Both the position numbers and the translations under genes were made by a program. From Welwitschia mirabilis (lineage: Eukaryota): a stretch of DNA of 43,684 bases. This document shows positions 1-12,689 of this stretch, in pieces; positions within the stretch are counted from its first letter, which is position 1, and each line of letters opens with the position of its first letter. The stretch spans positions 27,223,055-27,266,738 of the forward strand of contig JBOZIK010000001.1 in the NCBI GenBank assembly GCA_051453625.1. Direction: 5' to 3'. The notes under the pieces are model-generated. The model was not told the origin of the DNA. It did no database searches and worked only from the letters and a program-made list of their open reading frames with translations.

Positions 1-201
1 TTCTACACTATACTTTTCTTTTGCAAAATCAGATTCTGAAATAATAAAAGTAGAAAAATCTTATTCTTTAATTCTAGGAATTTGCGTACCTAGAGTGTCC
101 ATACCTGGATTTAATTCGAAGTTGGTAAATCCTTTTTTGATATCTTCTTTAATCAGGTTTTATTCTCTCTGATATTTGGTTTTTTTACTAGGATTCACCA
201 T
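1..201 (-). pseudogene. 5' end of decayed orphan ORF of LTR family B (copy 1), runs off window start
   Basis: Minus strand from ATG at 201 reads MVNPSKKTKYQRE*NLIKEDIKKGFTNFELNPGMDTLG...; homologous to 24617-24810 (MVNSSEKIKYQRE*SLINE...); lies ~445 bp downstream of the PBS. Confidence 0.5.
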
Positions 202-645
202 ATCCCTACATGCCCAAATAACTAATAAAACATAGAAATTAAAATAGTAAACTATTATCCATCTAGTCATGGGAACGATAGGCAAGATGATAATAGACGC
301 AAATAGAAAATTTGAATTTACAGGAACATGAAAAACAGAGAACAGTCATTCAACAGTATCGTGGGGATGACTTAAAGGATGATGAAAAATTTATTTTATG
401 GAAAAGAAAAATGCAAAAATACATAAATGCGATAAAATATTTAGAATATCATCCTCTTAGTTCATGAACACAATAGAATGGACGACAGAGGAATAAAAAG
501 AAAATGCAAAAATTTAAATTACAGAAATAGACCTACTTTAACCTAAACTAGAAACGTACATCACTAATGCAAAATAAATACTTGAATAAAAAAAATTCAA
601 GATACCTACTTGATTAGTGACAATCCTCTTAGCTCCTTGTAGCCT

Positions 646-663
646 TCCCTGACAATAGCGCCA
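646..663 (-). other. Primer-binding site, tRNA-Asp type (Athila-like)
   Basis: Minus strand TGGCGCTATTGTCAGGGA vs Athila PBS TGGCGCCGTTGCCGGGGA: 14/18 matches, all mismatches transitions at CCG/CGG; 3 bp from the LTR end. Confidence 0.85.
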
Positions 664-666
664 AGA

Positions 667-2578
667 TGTTGCAGGGTGAATTTATGTGATCTTGAAGTTC
701 TTAGGTAAACTTGTAATCAATAACTTGTAGAAAACACTAGCTAGTATAGACGGGAGTTTACCTGAATGTTGTAATCCAACGAAGGCACTAGGCTTAGAGT
801 TAGAGAATTGATTTTGTAATGTGTTTTTGCTCTTTTATCCTTAGAAAAACTAAAAGAAAATAACTTAAGTAAATGCAATGCTTAAATAGAAANNNNNNNN
901 NNNNNNNNNNNNNNNNNNNNNNNNNNNNNNNNNNNNNNNNNNNNNNNNNNNNNNNNNNNNNNNNNNNNNNNNNNNNNNNNNNNNNNNNNNNNNNNNNNNN
1001 NNNNNNNNNNNNNNNNNNNNNNNNNNNNNNNNNNNNNNNNNNNNNNNNNNNNNNNNNNNNNNNNNNNNNNNNNNNNNNNNNNNNNNNNNNNNNNNNNNNN
1101 NNNNNNNNNNNNNNNNNNNNNNNNNNNNNNNNNNNNNNNNNNNNNNNNNNNNNNNNNNNNNNNNNNNNNNNNNNNNNNNNNNNNNNNNNNNNNNNNNNNN
1201 NNNNNNNNNNNNNNNNNNNNNNNNNNNNNNNNNNNNNNNNNNNNNNNNNNNNNNNNNNNNNNNNNNNNNNNNNNNNNNNNNNNNNNNNNNNNNNNNNNNN
1301 NNNNNNNNNNNNNNNNNNNNNNNNNNNNNNNNNNNNNNNNNNNNNNNNNNNNNNNNNNNNNNNNNNNNNNNNNNNNNNNNNNNNNNNNNNNNNNNNNNNN
1401 NNNNNNNNNNNNNNNNNNNNNNNNNNNNNNNNNNNNNNNNNNNNNNNNNNNNNNNNNNNNNNNNNNNNNNNNNNNNNNNNNNNNNNNNNNNNNNNNNNNN
1501 NNNNNNNNNNNNNNNNNNNNNNNNNNNNNNNNNNNNNNNNNNNNNNNNNNNNNNNNNNNNNNNNNNNNNNNNNNNNNNNNNNNNNNNNNNNNNNNNNNNN
1601 NNNNNNNNNNNNNNNNNNNNNNNNNNNNNNNNNNNNNNNNNNNNNNNNNNNNNNNNNNNNNNNNNNNNNNNNNNNNNNNNNNNNNNNNNNNNNNNNNNNN
1701 NNNNNNNNNNNNNNNNNNNNNNNNNNNNNCATAAGGGAGACACAAAATAATAAGATGAAAGAAGGGATTGTATTAATCCAATAAAATTAGAATAACATCC
1801 ACTTATAACATCAGAATAGTAGCACCTTAATGGGAGAGAGATAACCTAATATCAAGGAGACTACTTTCTACAGCATGGGATGGACCTCTCACCCTTTAAG
1901 CTTCTATCACAAGTATCAAGTAAAAACGATGGAGGGAAATGAAGGAGAAAAAGGGAATTTATAGATTTTCTAAGGAGGGATTTGGAGGCAAATACTAAAG
2001 ATGGGAAAACAGAAATCCTAATAACCCAAATGAGTCATTTGATCCCATTTACAATATAATGAATTGCTGCAGCGTAAAAACAGTTACCGTCTTGTATGTC
2101 ATCCATAGGACGCGTGAGACGATACCACCTTAATAGCTTGGGAAGTATGCAATGTGCTATCATTACCCCCATGGCTTGTCTGCACATAGTTTCAATGCCA
2201 TCATCCTGTCTATCGTCTAGACGACTATATGGTCAATGCTCTGTCAACATGTACCCCATGTGCTACTGTCAGTGTTGCAGGTTTCTTACCAAGTCAGCTA
2301 TTAGGTCATCTTGGTTGTCATGGGAATAATAGATAGGATGACTATCTTCTTTTATTCTTTTCTCCAAGGTGAATTAGCCTCTGTATCATATAGTTCTTCT
2401 TCCAATTTTGCAGGATCAGAATAAGATTAGAAAACTGCCAAAATACTAAATATCACATGTTTTCCTGATCATCATATCAAATCCTCATAATCATCAGTAT
2501 TGCACCAAAACATGTATGAATGTCTTGCAAAAGGACTCAAAATACACCATCAAATTTTCACAAATTGACATCGCAATA
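667..2578 (-). mobile_element. 5' LTR of Athila-like family B element (copy 1), contains an N gap
   Basis: Termini TGTTG (667) ... CAATA (2578, decayed CAACA); adjacent PBS; both ends align by eye with 25094-26441 and 26622-27869. Confidence 0.8.
893..1729. other. Assembly gap (N run)
   Basis: 837 N; other gaps at 12394-12402, 19479-19578, ~28660, ~28974, ~30006, ~34312, ~36056. Confidence 1.
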
Positions 2579-2936
2579 CTTTGGATATTTTTTATCATAT
2601 ATCCACAATTTTCAAGTTCATTTCGTATCTAAAACATAAGATATTAGTCAAAAATGAATTAACTTTGTTACTTGTTTTAGCTTAATACGTTCTAGACATC
2701 TTCACTTTTCTAGACATCTTAACTTAAGATGTATTCAATTTCTTAGATGTCTTAAAACATATGATTTTATAGTTTATTATTAGATCCTTTTCATAATATG
2801 TTGCCTTAAAAATACATCATGGTTTAATGCCTTTCAAGATCAGATTTATCTATAATAACATATCTACATAAATACATAAAATATTTAATAACTAGAATCA
2901 TCAAAAGTAGATTTTCCAACAATCTTTCTCTTTTTG
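2579..2936 (-). mobile_element. PPT and start of the 3' LTR of a SIRE-like Ty1/copia element, interrupted by family B copy 1
   Basis: Minus strand ...ATTATCAAAAAGAGAAAGAT|TGTTGGAAAATCTACTTTTGATGAT resembles the Sirevirus junction ATCAAAAAGGGGGAGAT|TG; LTR starts at 2921; AGAC(A/G)TCT-type motifs at 2690-2760. Confidence 0.65.
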
Positions 2937-3619
2937 ATAATGTCCAAAACTTGAAAAATTTCATTAATGTAATGTCAACTAATGAATTGAAATTAGACAT
3001 TTTATTAATGTACATTAATTACTAGGTTTAATAAACATGATATGTGTCATTTGAAAAAAATCACTTATATATATATACCACTTGAAAAACTAGAATAAGA
3101 CACATTTTATATTTAGTTAAGTAACTTTGTAAAATACACAAAAATGGATAATAAATCATTATATTCTTCATTTAAACATGTATATAAAAATAATAAAGTA
3201 CATAAATATTTAATAATCTAAACATTGTAATATACTTTTGAAAATGTGGCATTTTTAAAACATGAAGTTTAAATGTGTTCCAATCATTATAACATAACTA
3301 AATGGGAATTGTGCTAGCATCATGTGAAAAGAATGTGATTACTAAAAATTTTCAATAGAATATATATAAGAGTGTGTTAAAAAAAGCATAAGATAAGAAT
3401 GATAAATGTGCCAAACATAATACATGTAATATTAAGTATGATATTAATAAAGTATTAAATAACATAAGTGTGTGCCAAAATGTTAAGGAGAAATTATCAA
3501 TATAAACAATGAAAGTCTTGGATCCAACTAAAAATCTTATAATGAAGAGCTTCAATCCCAATACAATGTCCTCAACCTAGAAGCTGAAGTATCCAATTGA
3601 TCTACCACTAATTTGCCAT

Positions 3620-5380
3620 ATACTTCTCCCCATTTTTGGATATGACTAAAAGGATCTAATCAGTAAGATCTATATCACTTATGTAGTGCTCATCTTAGAA
3701 TTATTTTTCACTATTATTATTACTGTGGTTGGTGTAAGTGGGTTGTATGTATGATAAAGATAAAGTAGATGGTGGTGTGTGCCTCTTCTTAGAGGAGCAC
3801 TATGATGTCTTACTAGGGCCTTCAAAGACCTATCTTCTCATGCATTAATATTTTGAGAAGTGATAGAAGTCAAAAAGAACCTAGCAGTGGTAGTCTCTAT
3901 AATGGTGGGTGGAAGCTGATTAGATGAGATTGGTTTAACATGAATGAGATCTATATGCAAAGGTGGAGATGATGGTGGATGAAATATAGGTGGAGAAGGT
4001 ACATGTGATGGTGAAGAGGTTCTAGATGATAATGGTGACTGTGAAGAACTATAAAATGGAATATTATGATGAGGATAGTAAAAGATAAGTAATAAAGCAT
4101 CTAATATCTTATATTTAATCTCCTAATGTGCTGGCCTCTGCTAAGAAGGATCTAGAGTTTATAACTCCCTCTGTGCATGTATCCTTATGGAAGTTTGGTA
4201 CTCCTTCTAAACCTATGTCTCACCTCTAGAAGACTCCTTTGAATACTTGATGTTTGCTATTTAGCCTAAGTCATATCCTATACTAAATAAAGCTAATGGT
4301 CTTACTTTATCTCTTTTGATTCCTCTTCTAAATCTAATAATGTGGGAGTCCTTATGGATTTCCAACTCTTTACTGATGGCTCTCCTTCACTTGCTATCAA
4401 TCTACATTTTTTCAACCTTAGAATATTTCTTCCAATTTTGATAACCATCTTGATAATATCCTATAGTCCTTTTAGCATTAAGGAAGAACTATATGTAGTA
4501 GTGAAAAATGATCTATTCATCTATGGTATCCTTCTGCTTGTGCCTTTACTTAGTGTCATGGGTGTTCTCCAATTCTCACTAAATTTTACTAATGATTTAT
4601 TCAGAAGGATGAGGTTAACTTATGGCAATGAAATATCTACACCACTAATGATTACATTGCTAAGATATAGATGGCCTAAAGTCCACCCTTTATGGACTAA
4701 TATAATAATAGCCATACATAGCACAAAACTAAAATCTATCCAAAAACCTATAAGTAAGCAATATACAATGAAGATCTACATAGGTTTGTAATAGCTATAA
4801 CTACCTTTTCTAATCAAAATTTTATAAAATGTTACTAAACTAAGAAAAGAGACATCAGGTATCATATCCTTTCTCTTAATGTCCTTAACAAAATTCATTC
4901 TACTATTACCAAATGAAACATTAATCATTTGATGCTAAGATATATTGATAATTCTAGAAATAAAAATCCCTCTAAATGATTATTGTAAAATTGAGGAACA
5001 TTGGTATTATCTATACCAAGAAAAAAAATTAATAAAACTTATGATGATATGCAAATTAGTACCTCTGACCTATATTTGAAGTGCACTAGTATGATCATCA
5101 ATTTCATGAATGTTTACATAGAACTGTCTTACCACTAAATCCATAATAGTTTAAACTAATTGGATAATCATCTTTCAATCAAGCCAAATAAAGTATCTTA
5201 TGATCTGATCTCTATGCCTCTTATAAAAATCAAGTATTCTTTCTATAATTATGAAGCTTCTTGGCCATGTCCTAAATCTCTTTTTAGCTATGTCATGATA
5301 AAACTAAAGTTCATACTAAGATCTAGTTCATTCTCTAGCTCGTTCTTTATCTCTAAAGGTTCTTGTTATCTTTCATCTTG
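3620..5380 (-). pseudogene. Decayed env-like / 'putative plant transposon protein' (Transposase_32-like) ORF of the SIRE-like element
   Basis: Hand translation gives AKKRF..IIIERILD, RQFYVNIHE..I*VRGTNL..FIN (~5030-5130) and FIVYCLLIGFWIDFSFVL (~4720-4775), then a Pro/Ser/His-rich tail (3900-4070); has stops and frameshifts. Confidence 0.7.
3623..3639 (-). other. Upstream extra polypurine tract (Sirevirus multiple-PPT signature)
   Basis: Minus strand CCAAAAATGGGGAGAAG resembles CAAAAAGGGGGAGAAG, located at the end of the env-like ORF. Confidence 0.55.
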
Positions 5381-5504
5381 TTGTTTTTATGAAATAGAAC
5401 CGAAGACTGATAAAAGATTAACTAAGATAAGAAAAGAAAAAAAAAGGAAAAATATACACTTGTTCAAGAAAATCCTCTTTTCTTTCTCATTATTAAGATG
5501 TCTC

Positions 5505-5960
5505 ATAAATCTAAGACATCTAGCCAAAGATGTTTGAGTAAAAAAAGTTTAGAAAATCACTTGAGAGTAACATATGTTAAGAGGAGATTTGAAAATGAGA
5601 TTTGATGGATATTTTGGATAATAGAAAGGGTTAAACCCTAATTTTTATGTGTTCTTTATTTTTGCAATAATATAATTAAGACATCTACAAATTTCAAGAT
5701 GTTTGAAATGCAAAAAGTAGGTGTCTACACATTTCAAAACATCTACTATTAAAAAATTTTTAGTACATTTTCCTACTACCCAGATGTCTATAAAAATTAA
5801 GACATCTAATTTGAAAAAATAAAATGACATACCTATCCTTTCGAGATGTTTGTAAAAGACAAGATGTCTGAATCCAAAATGTCTACAAATTTCAAGATTT
5901 CTTCATCAAATACATCTATAAAACTAAAGATGATGCAATAAAATTTTTAGATGTTTAAAA
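5505..5960. repeat. Cluster of short palindromic motifs (AGACATCT/AGATGTCT, inferred ancestral AGACGTCT)
   Basis: About 15 variants, often ~16-18 bp apart, upstream of the env-like ORF; the same motif occurs in the LTR fragment at 2690-2760. Confidence 0.65.
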
Positions 5961-6098
5961 ATAATCTACAACTATTATAACCATAATAATAATACATTGA
6001 GTAGCTAAAGATCATACACATAATTTAAGTTTTAATTATACAAACTACCTTTGATCATAATCTCAACTCATAAGACTAGTGTAATGGAGTTGAGATGT

Positions 6099-7060
6099 TG
6101 ATGGATGCTTATATGATGAAATAAGTGTAGAAAATATCACTAAGTCATATCAAACAATGTAAAATAATACTAAAACATACAAAAACTATGATATTATTAA
6201 CATACAAGTAAGATTATTTAATTAAATAAAAATAACCAAAGGCTTACTAAAAAACTAATTAAGATTCAACCACTTTATTCAAAATACATAATCATGATAG
6301 TCTCATGATGAAGTTACTTGAACGAGTCACATTGGTTTGTTACTACTAAATTACTATGAACATATATTATGATAATGGGAAATAGTAAAAGTAATAAAGC
6401 ATGATGAAATTTAGATGAGATACTAGATACTACTTATTTCTAAGTACTATTAATTATCCTAGTTTATGATCATCTACACAAATAGGAGTAAATAAAAATA
6501 ATATTACTTTTTAAAGTAACAAAGCATGCACATAATGATACTCAAGTATGATTTTTATATTTACATTGAAATACAAATTATTATATAAATATGGGCTAAG
6601 CCTTATGTTCTCCTTTGTAGATAGCACTATGGAGTACAAGAAATACTGCCACACCCTTTGCAGGATAGCTAGAGCTCCCTTTTTTGACCTTCTTAAATTG
6701 TTTATTTCTAGAATGTGTTTATGAAAAGATTTCCATCTTTGTTGGTCATCCTTTTTTTTACATCCTTGTTTTTTTTTATGTTTCCATTCTTTTCTCCTTA
6801 GGAATAGGTATATGGTTGGGATTTGTTAATGCTTCTTTGTCACCTTAATCTTCTATTTCATCTTTATACCCAATGGCATCCTGTACCTGAAATGGAATAA
6901 TAAACTATACATACTAACCTACTAACATACTAAATAAATAATATATTGATTATTAATTATAATAATAAATAAAAAATTTATTATTATTTAAAATTCATGA
7001 TTAAGATAATGAAGAAACTTTATTAATAAGTACAATTTACATTAAAATTTATCCTCATTA
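6099..7060 (-). repeat. 3' LTR of element A
   Basis: Direct repeat of 17909-18828 (roughly 80% identity by eye); adjacent to PPT TCTTGGGGGAAT (minus strand, 7061-7072). Confidence 0.9.
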
Positions 7061-7929
7061 ATTCCCCCAAGATCAAGGTTTTATTAGTTACTTAACAAAT
7101 AAATGATTATATAAAAAAGAGAGAAATGAATAACCTTATTATTTTACTTTCATTATCTTGAAAATAAATGCATCTTTTCCACTACATTTTGACTCCTCCC
7201 TGTGTTTGGTCAGTTGAGTAAATTGTTTTACCTTTTCAAGGCCTTTAAGATATTTCTTTATTTCTCTTGAAGAGTAAGATCATTCAAATATATGATCTCT
7301 ATTTTAGCCTAGTCAAAAGTTGCTTTTTTCACCTAGCCTCTCCCTTATGGAGGAGCTCTTGGCTTGGTTGGTTCTCCTATGTTTTTTTTAGGAGCTAAAG
7401 GGACTTTTACTTTAGAACTTTGGGGCATATTTTCTAGCTCTAGAGTTTTCCAACTTACAATCTCAATCTTGAGATTTGCATAAGGGGAACTACATATATT
7501 TCAAAGGAATATTTATTCTTCAATTTGAAAAAATGTACATAAACATGCCTCTTAACATTCTTATGTTTTAAATAATTTAATCTCAAAAAGAATAAAACTA
7601 CTAAAAATCCTAAGAGGACATGGCAAAAAATTTGATATCCAATTTGTATTCTTATTTTAAGCTATAATACTTTAATATCTTTTTTGTAATTATTAAGAAT
7701 GTAGCTCAACTCTAACTGTCCCTAAAATGTTTTCTAAATAATAATCCCCAAATGCTCTAAAATCTATCAATAAAGTCATATAAGTTCTGGGGGTAATAGC
7801 TAAGACTACATGACACAACTAATTCTTTATACCTGAATCTAATCCATTGTTCCAACTTCACTTCCATGAGAGAAAGCCCTCATGGAGCAATTTGATGTTT
7901 TATTTTTTCAAATTTTAAATAATGATTTA

Positions 7930-9120
7930 GCCAGACACATGACTTATTATTCTAATATCCTTTTCTAACTCTGCATAAGATTTTCTCAAAGTATTAATAA
8001 TACTTAACTTTATTCTATTTTTCATCCCACTAGATAAAATTAAATAAGTTAAAGGAGTGTATTAAATTGAATGTATTACTCTTCTAATTTCCTACCTTAC
8101 TTCAAATGAATTTTTTTAATTGATGAATCATGTGAAGGTTGACCAGAAAAGATTACCTCTTTCACTGAATTTTTTAAAAGTCTTATTTTTTTAAGTTATT
8201 TGATCCATGGCTCTCTTATTGGCTCCTAAAAGGAACTAATAATATCCTAAAAATTCTAATATTCAAGTCTTTTATATATGTATTCATAGGCCTCTACATA
8301 AATCTTTATGAATTTTTTTTCATTCCCTATAAGTCTGCATAGATTTTATCTAAATATTTCCTATTCAGAGGTAAATGCCCTTCATTATGCATGAATGTAA
8401 TAAATTTCTATTGGTGTTCTATATATTTAGTGTCATACTTTTTACTTAAAGCCAAATTCTATAATCAAGATACTAACTTGTTTGGCCTTTCCCTTAGAAC
8501 ATTTTCTAGTTCTCTCCTATCTTTAGCAACTATCTCTAGTTCAGCAATGCATTCATGAGCTCTCTATAATTTCTTGCTTATATCTTTTAAACATTCAAAG
8601 AGATAAATATTTTCTTCTTTATTAGTGATCTCATGATTTCTTGATTCCACCTTTGTCTTAAGAATTCATTTTCAATTTTTAGATTATCAACATGATTCTA
8701 TAATGCTAAAAGTTCTTTTTTTCTACCTAGACAACTTTAAATTTCATCTTTAACTAATTTTAGAGTACTAAAAAGGCTATTTAATTTGTCTTCCTCTAGT
8801 GCCTTAGAGAATTGGTCAAAATAAAATATATGGAAAGGTAGGATTTCCTTAAATGTGAATTAGGTTATATCTTTTGGTATGCTTAAGGAGGATAGCAGTG
8901 AAGGCAAACTTTAAGGGGTATAAGAAAATTTTCTTAGGTTTAGCTAAGAAGTCCTATATCTTAGAGTTATTCCTTAGACTACGACCCATCTCAGTAGACT
9001 CATACTTAGGTTCATATCTTCCTTTATACTGGTTAGGAAAATGTAAAATATCTCTTATTTATTTTTGAATAATTACTATCCTCTAATTTTTCATGGTGTT
9101 TTATACTATATTTTGGACAT
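7930..9120 (-). pseudogene. Decayed extra sense ORF (env-like position) in element A, coiled-coil-like
   Basis: Candidate ATG at 9120; segment EDKLNSLFSTLKLVKDEI*SCLGRKKELLAL*NHVDNLKIENEFLRQ (~8655-8795); E/K/L-rich with stops and frameshifts. Confidence 0.45.
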
Positions 9121-10194
9121 CATTAATTTCAAATTTTTATAAAATTCATATACAGATTCCAAAAAAATTTGTCATTTAAAGTAATTCACTCACACTGCCC
9201 TAACTCGATAATTCTCTATTTTAACTTTGTCAAGCATAGGTGAAATAACTTAAGTAAAATTTAATAATGAAATAACCTTGAATTATATAACATTTTTTTC
9301 CCACCAGTGTTGGAATTATGTATGAAAAAACATATATAATAGAGAAATTATTACAACAAATAATTATTGAAAATAGCTTACTAAGTAAAACTTTGCTTTC
9401 TAAGCATACAAAAATTAATTAACTAGATGTAAAAATATTGCCTATATGGAATCCATTTAACTCTCACTCCAAGTAAAGTTTGGCATGCTCCTAAATGCTT
9501 AAAGTAAAGTATTAATAATTCCTAAAATTTTTTCTTAAAGCAATATTGCCATTATAACTAAACATAACAAGGTAAAATGTAAGGGTAAAAGTAGAAATTA
9601 CAGATTTGTTTTCTAATTTAAATAGATAAAAACACATACCTATTATTGTATTTAATTTGCACAATTAAGTGGTAAATGAAAATAAATATAACTAGAAATT
9701 TTCATACTTCTTTAAAGCTGAAAAAAATTGAATGACATGTTGGTAAGGTCAAAATTTTAAAAATTTATAAAATTTATAAAATTAGAGATAAAATCATGAA
9801 TGCTAACATGGTTAAGACAACATGGAACTCATATTATAATGGGAGTTATCAAGAATGAAGAGGGGTTATTAAGAATGAGTTTAAGTAAAATGATGAGGTA
9901 ATGGAAAGGCATATTTAAGTGGTCATCACTCTCCACAAAATTTGATTTGATGAGGGTTGTTGAGAACTCTTAAGTTCTTTATGGAGACCATTGAATTTAT
10001 TGTGGAGCCAGCCAAAATATTTTGAAGGAGTTCTTGATGGAATCCTTCAAATTCTAATGCCCTTTATTATAAAAGTAAATAATAATAATAAAGCAAAGTC
10101 TCATGGTAGAGTTATAGAGGCAAGATAAGGGGGTCATTAAAAATGAAACCTTCCTCTTTTAGAAGCAAGTTTAAAAGGAGAAGTTATCTTGAGA

Positions 10195-10590
10195 TTCAAA
10201 GCTTTAGCTTTAGGCTAGTGTCAATCAACTATTAGAACTTTCTTACCCATGGTTTAGCTTGAAATATAATTTGAAGTTCTAACTTTAGATTAGTGTTAGT
10301 TAACTAGGTGATTTTCTTTCTCATATGTAAAGTAAAGAAGTTATCGAGTTGGATTGAAATCTAATTTAAATTTTTTACTTCAGGTTGGTATCATTTAATC
10401 ATGAGATTTTATTTGATTATAGGTTCTACAGCATAAGAATAGAAACAATTTGATTTGAGATCTGGATCAAAGTTTTTACTTTGAACTGGTGTTAACTAAA
10501 AGATTTAGGTTTTCTTCATAATGGTTTAACCTAAAATTCAACTTAAAGTTTTATCTTTAAGATTAATTTTGATCAATCAATTGATCATTT
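10195..10590. repeat. Degenerate tandem repeats in the 3' region of element A
   Basis: About 5 loose units (~75-105 bp) sharing ..AAAGTTTT(T)ACTTT(A/G)G..TGGTGT(C/T)AA(T/C)CAAC.. Confidence 0.45.
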
Positions 10591-11200
10591 TAATTTCAAT
10601 TCCCATTTTATGTTGGAAGAGAAACATTAATAAATTCTATTTTTTTATGCTTCCTTGAACAAAAATAAATGAAAATCTTCTTTAATTTATTAGATATAAT
10701 ATTAAAAAATTTCTTTTAATTAAAAGTATTTGTAGTATTTTAATGATTACGTAGTACTATAGTTTATAGTGTTAAAGTTCAGTGGGCCTCTATAATAGCA
10801 TGCAATGAAAATTTAAAATGATTATAAATTAACCTAAAATTTTAACCTTAGGTTAAATCTTGGTCAATTTTGGATCCCTCAGATCTAGAAGATTTCTATT
10901 GATACTTGATATACTTTAGTTATTAGCAAATAGGTATATCACTTTTACTTAATCCTTTACTTCAAAACTAAACATGTTTATAGTGGATATCTTAAAATAA
11001 ATTATACTTATCAAGTATGATAGTAAGACTTATGCTATAAATCTTAATCATCCATCACTCTTTACCTTAGCTTAAGAATTTATTCACTTAATTATTTTTC
11101 ATTCTTTTTCATCTTTTCTTAATTAATTCTCTTGGCTTGCACTCCTTCGTCTTTCATTACTACCTCTAGCATTAAGAAGGTGAAGCATTATTTGTTTAAC

Positions 11201-11779
11201 ATGGGTTCTATATAGATAGATATGTGCATTAGTAATGTAGTTTTCCAGTTACCTCAAGTCTCTATTAGGTCTAAAAATATAGTACAATAGTATTCTTACT
11301 ATGATTACAAATCCATTGCTAAGGTCTTGGACACCTTAGATTCCTTCATTACTAAGGTTGGTAAAGAATGTCTTAGTAGTGATATCATTCCTTTGAGTTT
11401 TAATCATATGATCCATCACTTGATGGTTGAGTATCTAAGGGTGAGAACTAAGAAACTATGTTAATAACTCAATTATGAAAATTTGACTTGTGACATTTCT
11501 TTAGGCCAACTAGCTAGGCAAATGTAGGTGCTTGAGAAAATGATAGATTAACTTTAAGGTGTTGCATTAAGTTTTAACAAGGAAAATATAAAGAATATGA
11601 TTTGAAATGTTAAACCTTACCAAAACTTTTGGTAAGCCCATTTATATGAGATTAATATGTTGTTGGAATCTTTAAATGAGATGCATCTATTGTGCTTGGG
11701 TGAGAATTTTGTAGGGTTAACATTTAAGACTATGCATTCTCATAGGAGAAATACATTTTTTGGCTACTATAATAATTGA
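11201..11779 (+). pseudogene. Candidate decayed antisense ORF (192 codons) inside element A
   Basis: Single frame from ATG 11201 to TGA 11777-11779: MGSI*IDMCISNVVFQLPQVSIRSKNIVQ*YSYYDYKSIAKVLDTLDSFITKVGKECLSSDIIPLSFNHMIHHLMVEYL...; 9 internal stops, flanked by more AT-rich non-coding DNA. Confidence 0.4.
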
Positions 11780-12402
11780 GTTTCTTGAGTTTGTGGTTTA
11801 CTTGCTTAGTGATTTGAGAAGTGTTTTAGTTGTTATTCAATAATTAGATGTAATAAAATATTTTTTAATAAAATTTCTAGTTGTTATTTTAAATAAAAAT
11901 TTTATATTATTTTATTTTATCATGGGCACATCAATTTAATTAAAGGAAATTCAAACTACACAATTTATTAAATTATTAAGATAATGTAAAATAATTGTAA
12001 ACTTTAAAGTTTTTCTTTTGAATAAATAGAATTTAATAATTATGCATGTTATTGAATTGAAAATATTTGTGTATATAGTCCATTACAAACTAGAATATTT
12101 TATTTTCTCTATTGATCTCTCTCTTTTTTAAAAAAATAATTTATGGTAAAGTTAAAGTTTTGGTAAATAGTTATGTCTTAGATACCTCCTGAGGCATAAT
12201 TATTTCTCAACTTATTTTATTTTTCACAACTTAATTTAACCACAATGAGAAGAATGCAAGACCTATCAGATGAGTAATGATTCCCATGATATTATTATTA
12301 TTGTCATCATTTATATATCTAGATCATGATCAACTAACCCCTCAGTGGAGTTCTCACAGCTACAATATTGCACCACCAAAGGCCCCTCTTAGGNNNNNNN
12401 NN

Positions 12403-12478
<76 letters not shown>
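12403..12478. repeat. (AT)n(GT)n microsatellite
   Basis: Directly visible next to a short N gap. Confidence 0.98.
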
Positions 12479-12480
<2 letters not shown>

Positions 12481-12689
12481 TCTATTCTATAATGGAATAT
12501 ATCTCCTTAATCTCTTTAATAAAGATAATGCACAACTCCCTATTGAAGAATTACCAGGTCAGCTTGTTATCTTATAACTATAACATTTTCTTTAAAAAAT
12601 CTAGTAAATTAGTAAGACTAAATTAACTTTAAAGAAATGACATGTTCTTTATTATTTAATTTTAAATTTGTTTTATAGATAGTGTGGAT

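Noticed and set aside
800..1784. Four ~300-aa ORFs in the track
   Set aside because: They only span the N gap (poly-X); the same applies to the ORFs at 19373-19700.
4342..5537. + strand ORFs of 149 and 125 aa as genes
   Set aside because: They are antisense shadows of the minus-strand env-like remnant, with no recognisable motifs.
12277..12626. CVCVCV-rich ORFs
   Set aside because: Translation of the (GT)n microsatellite.
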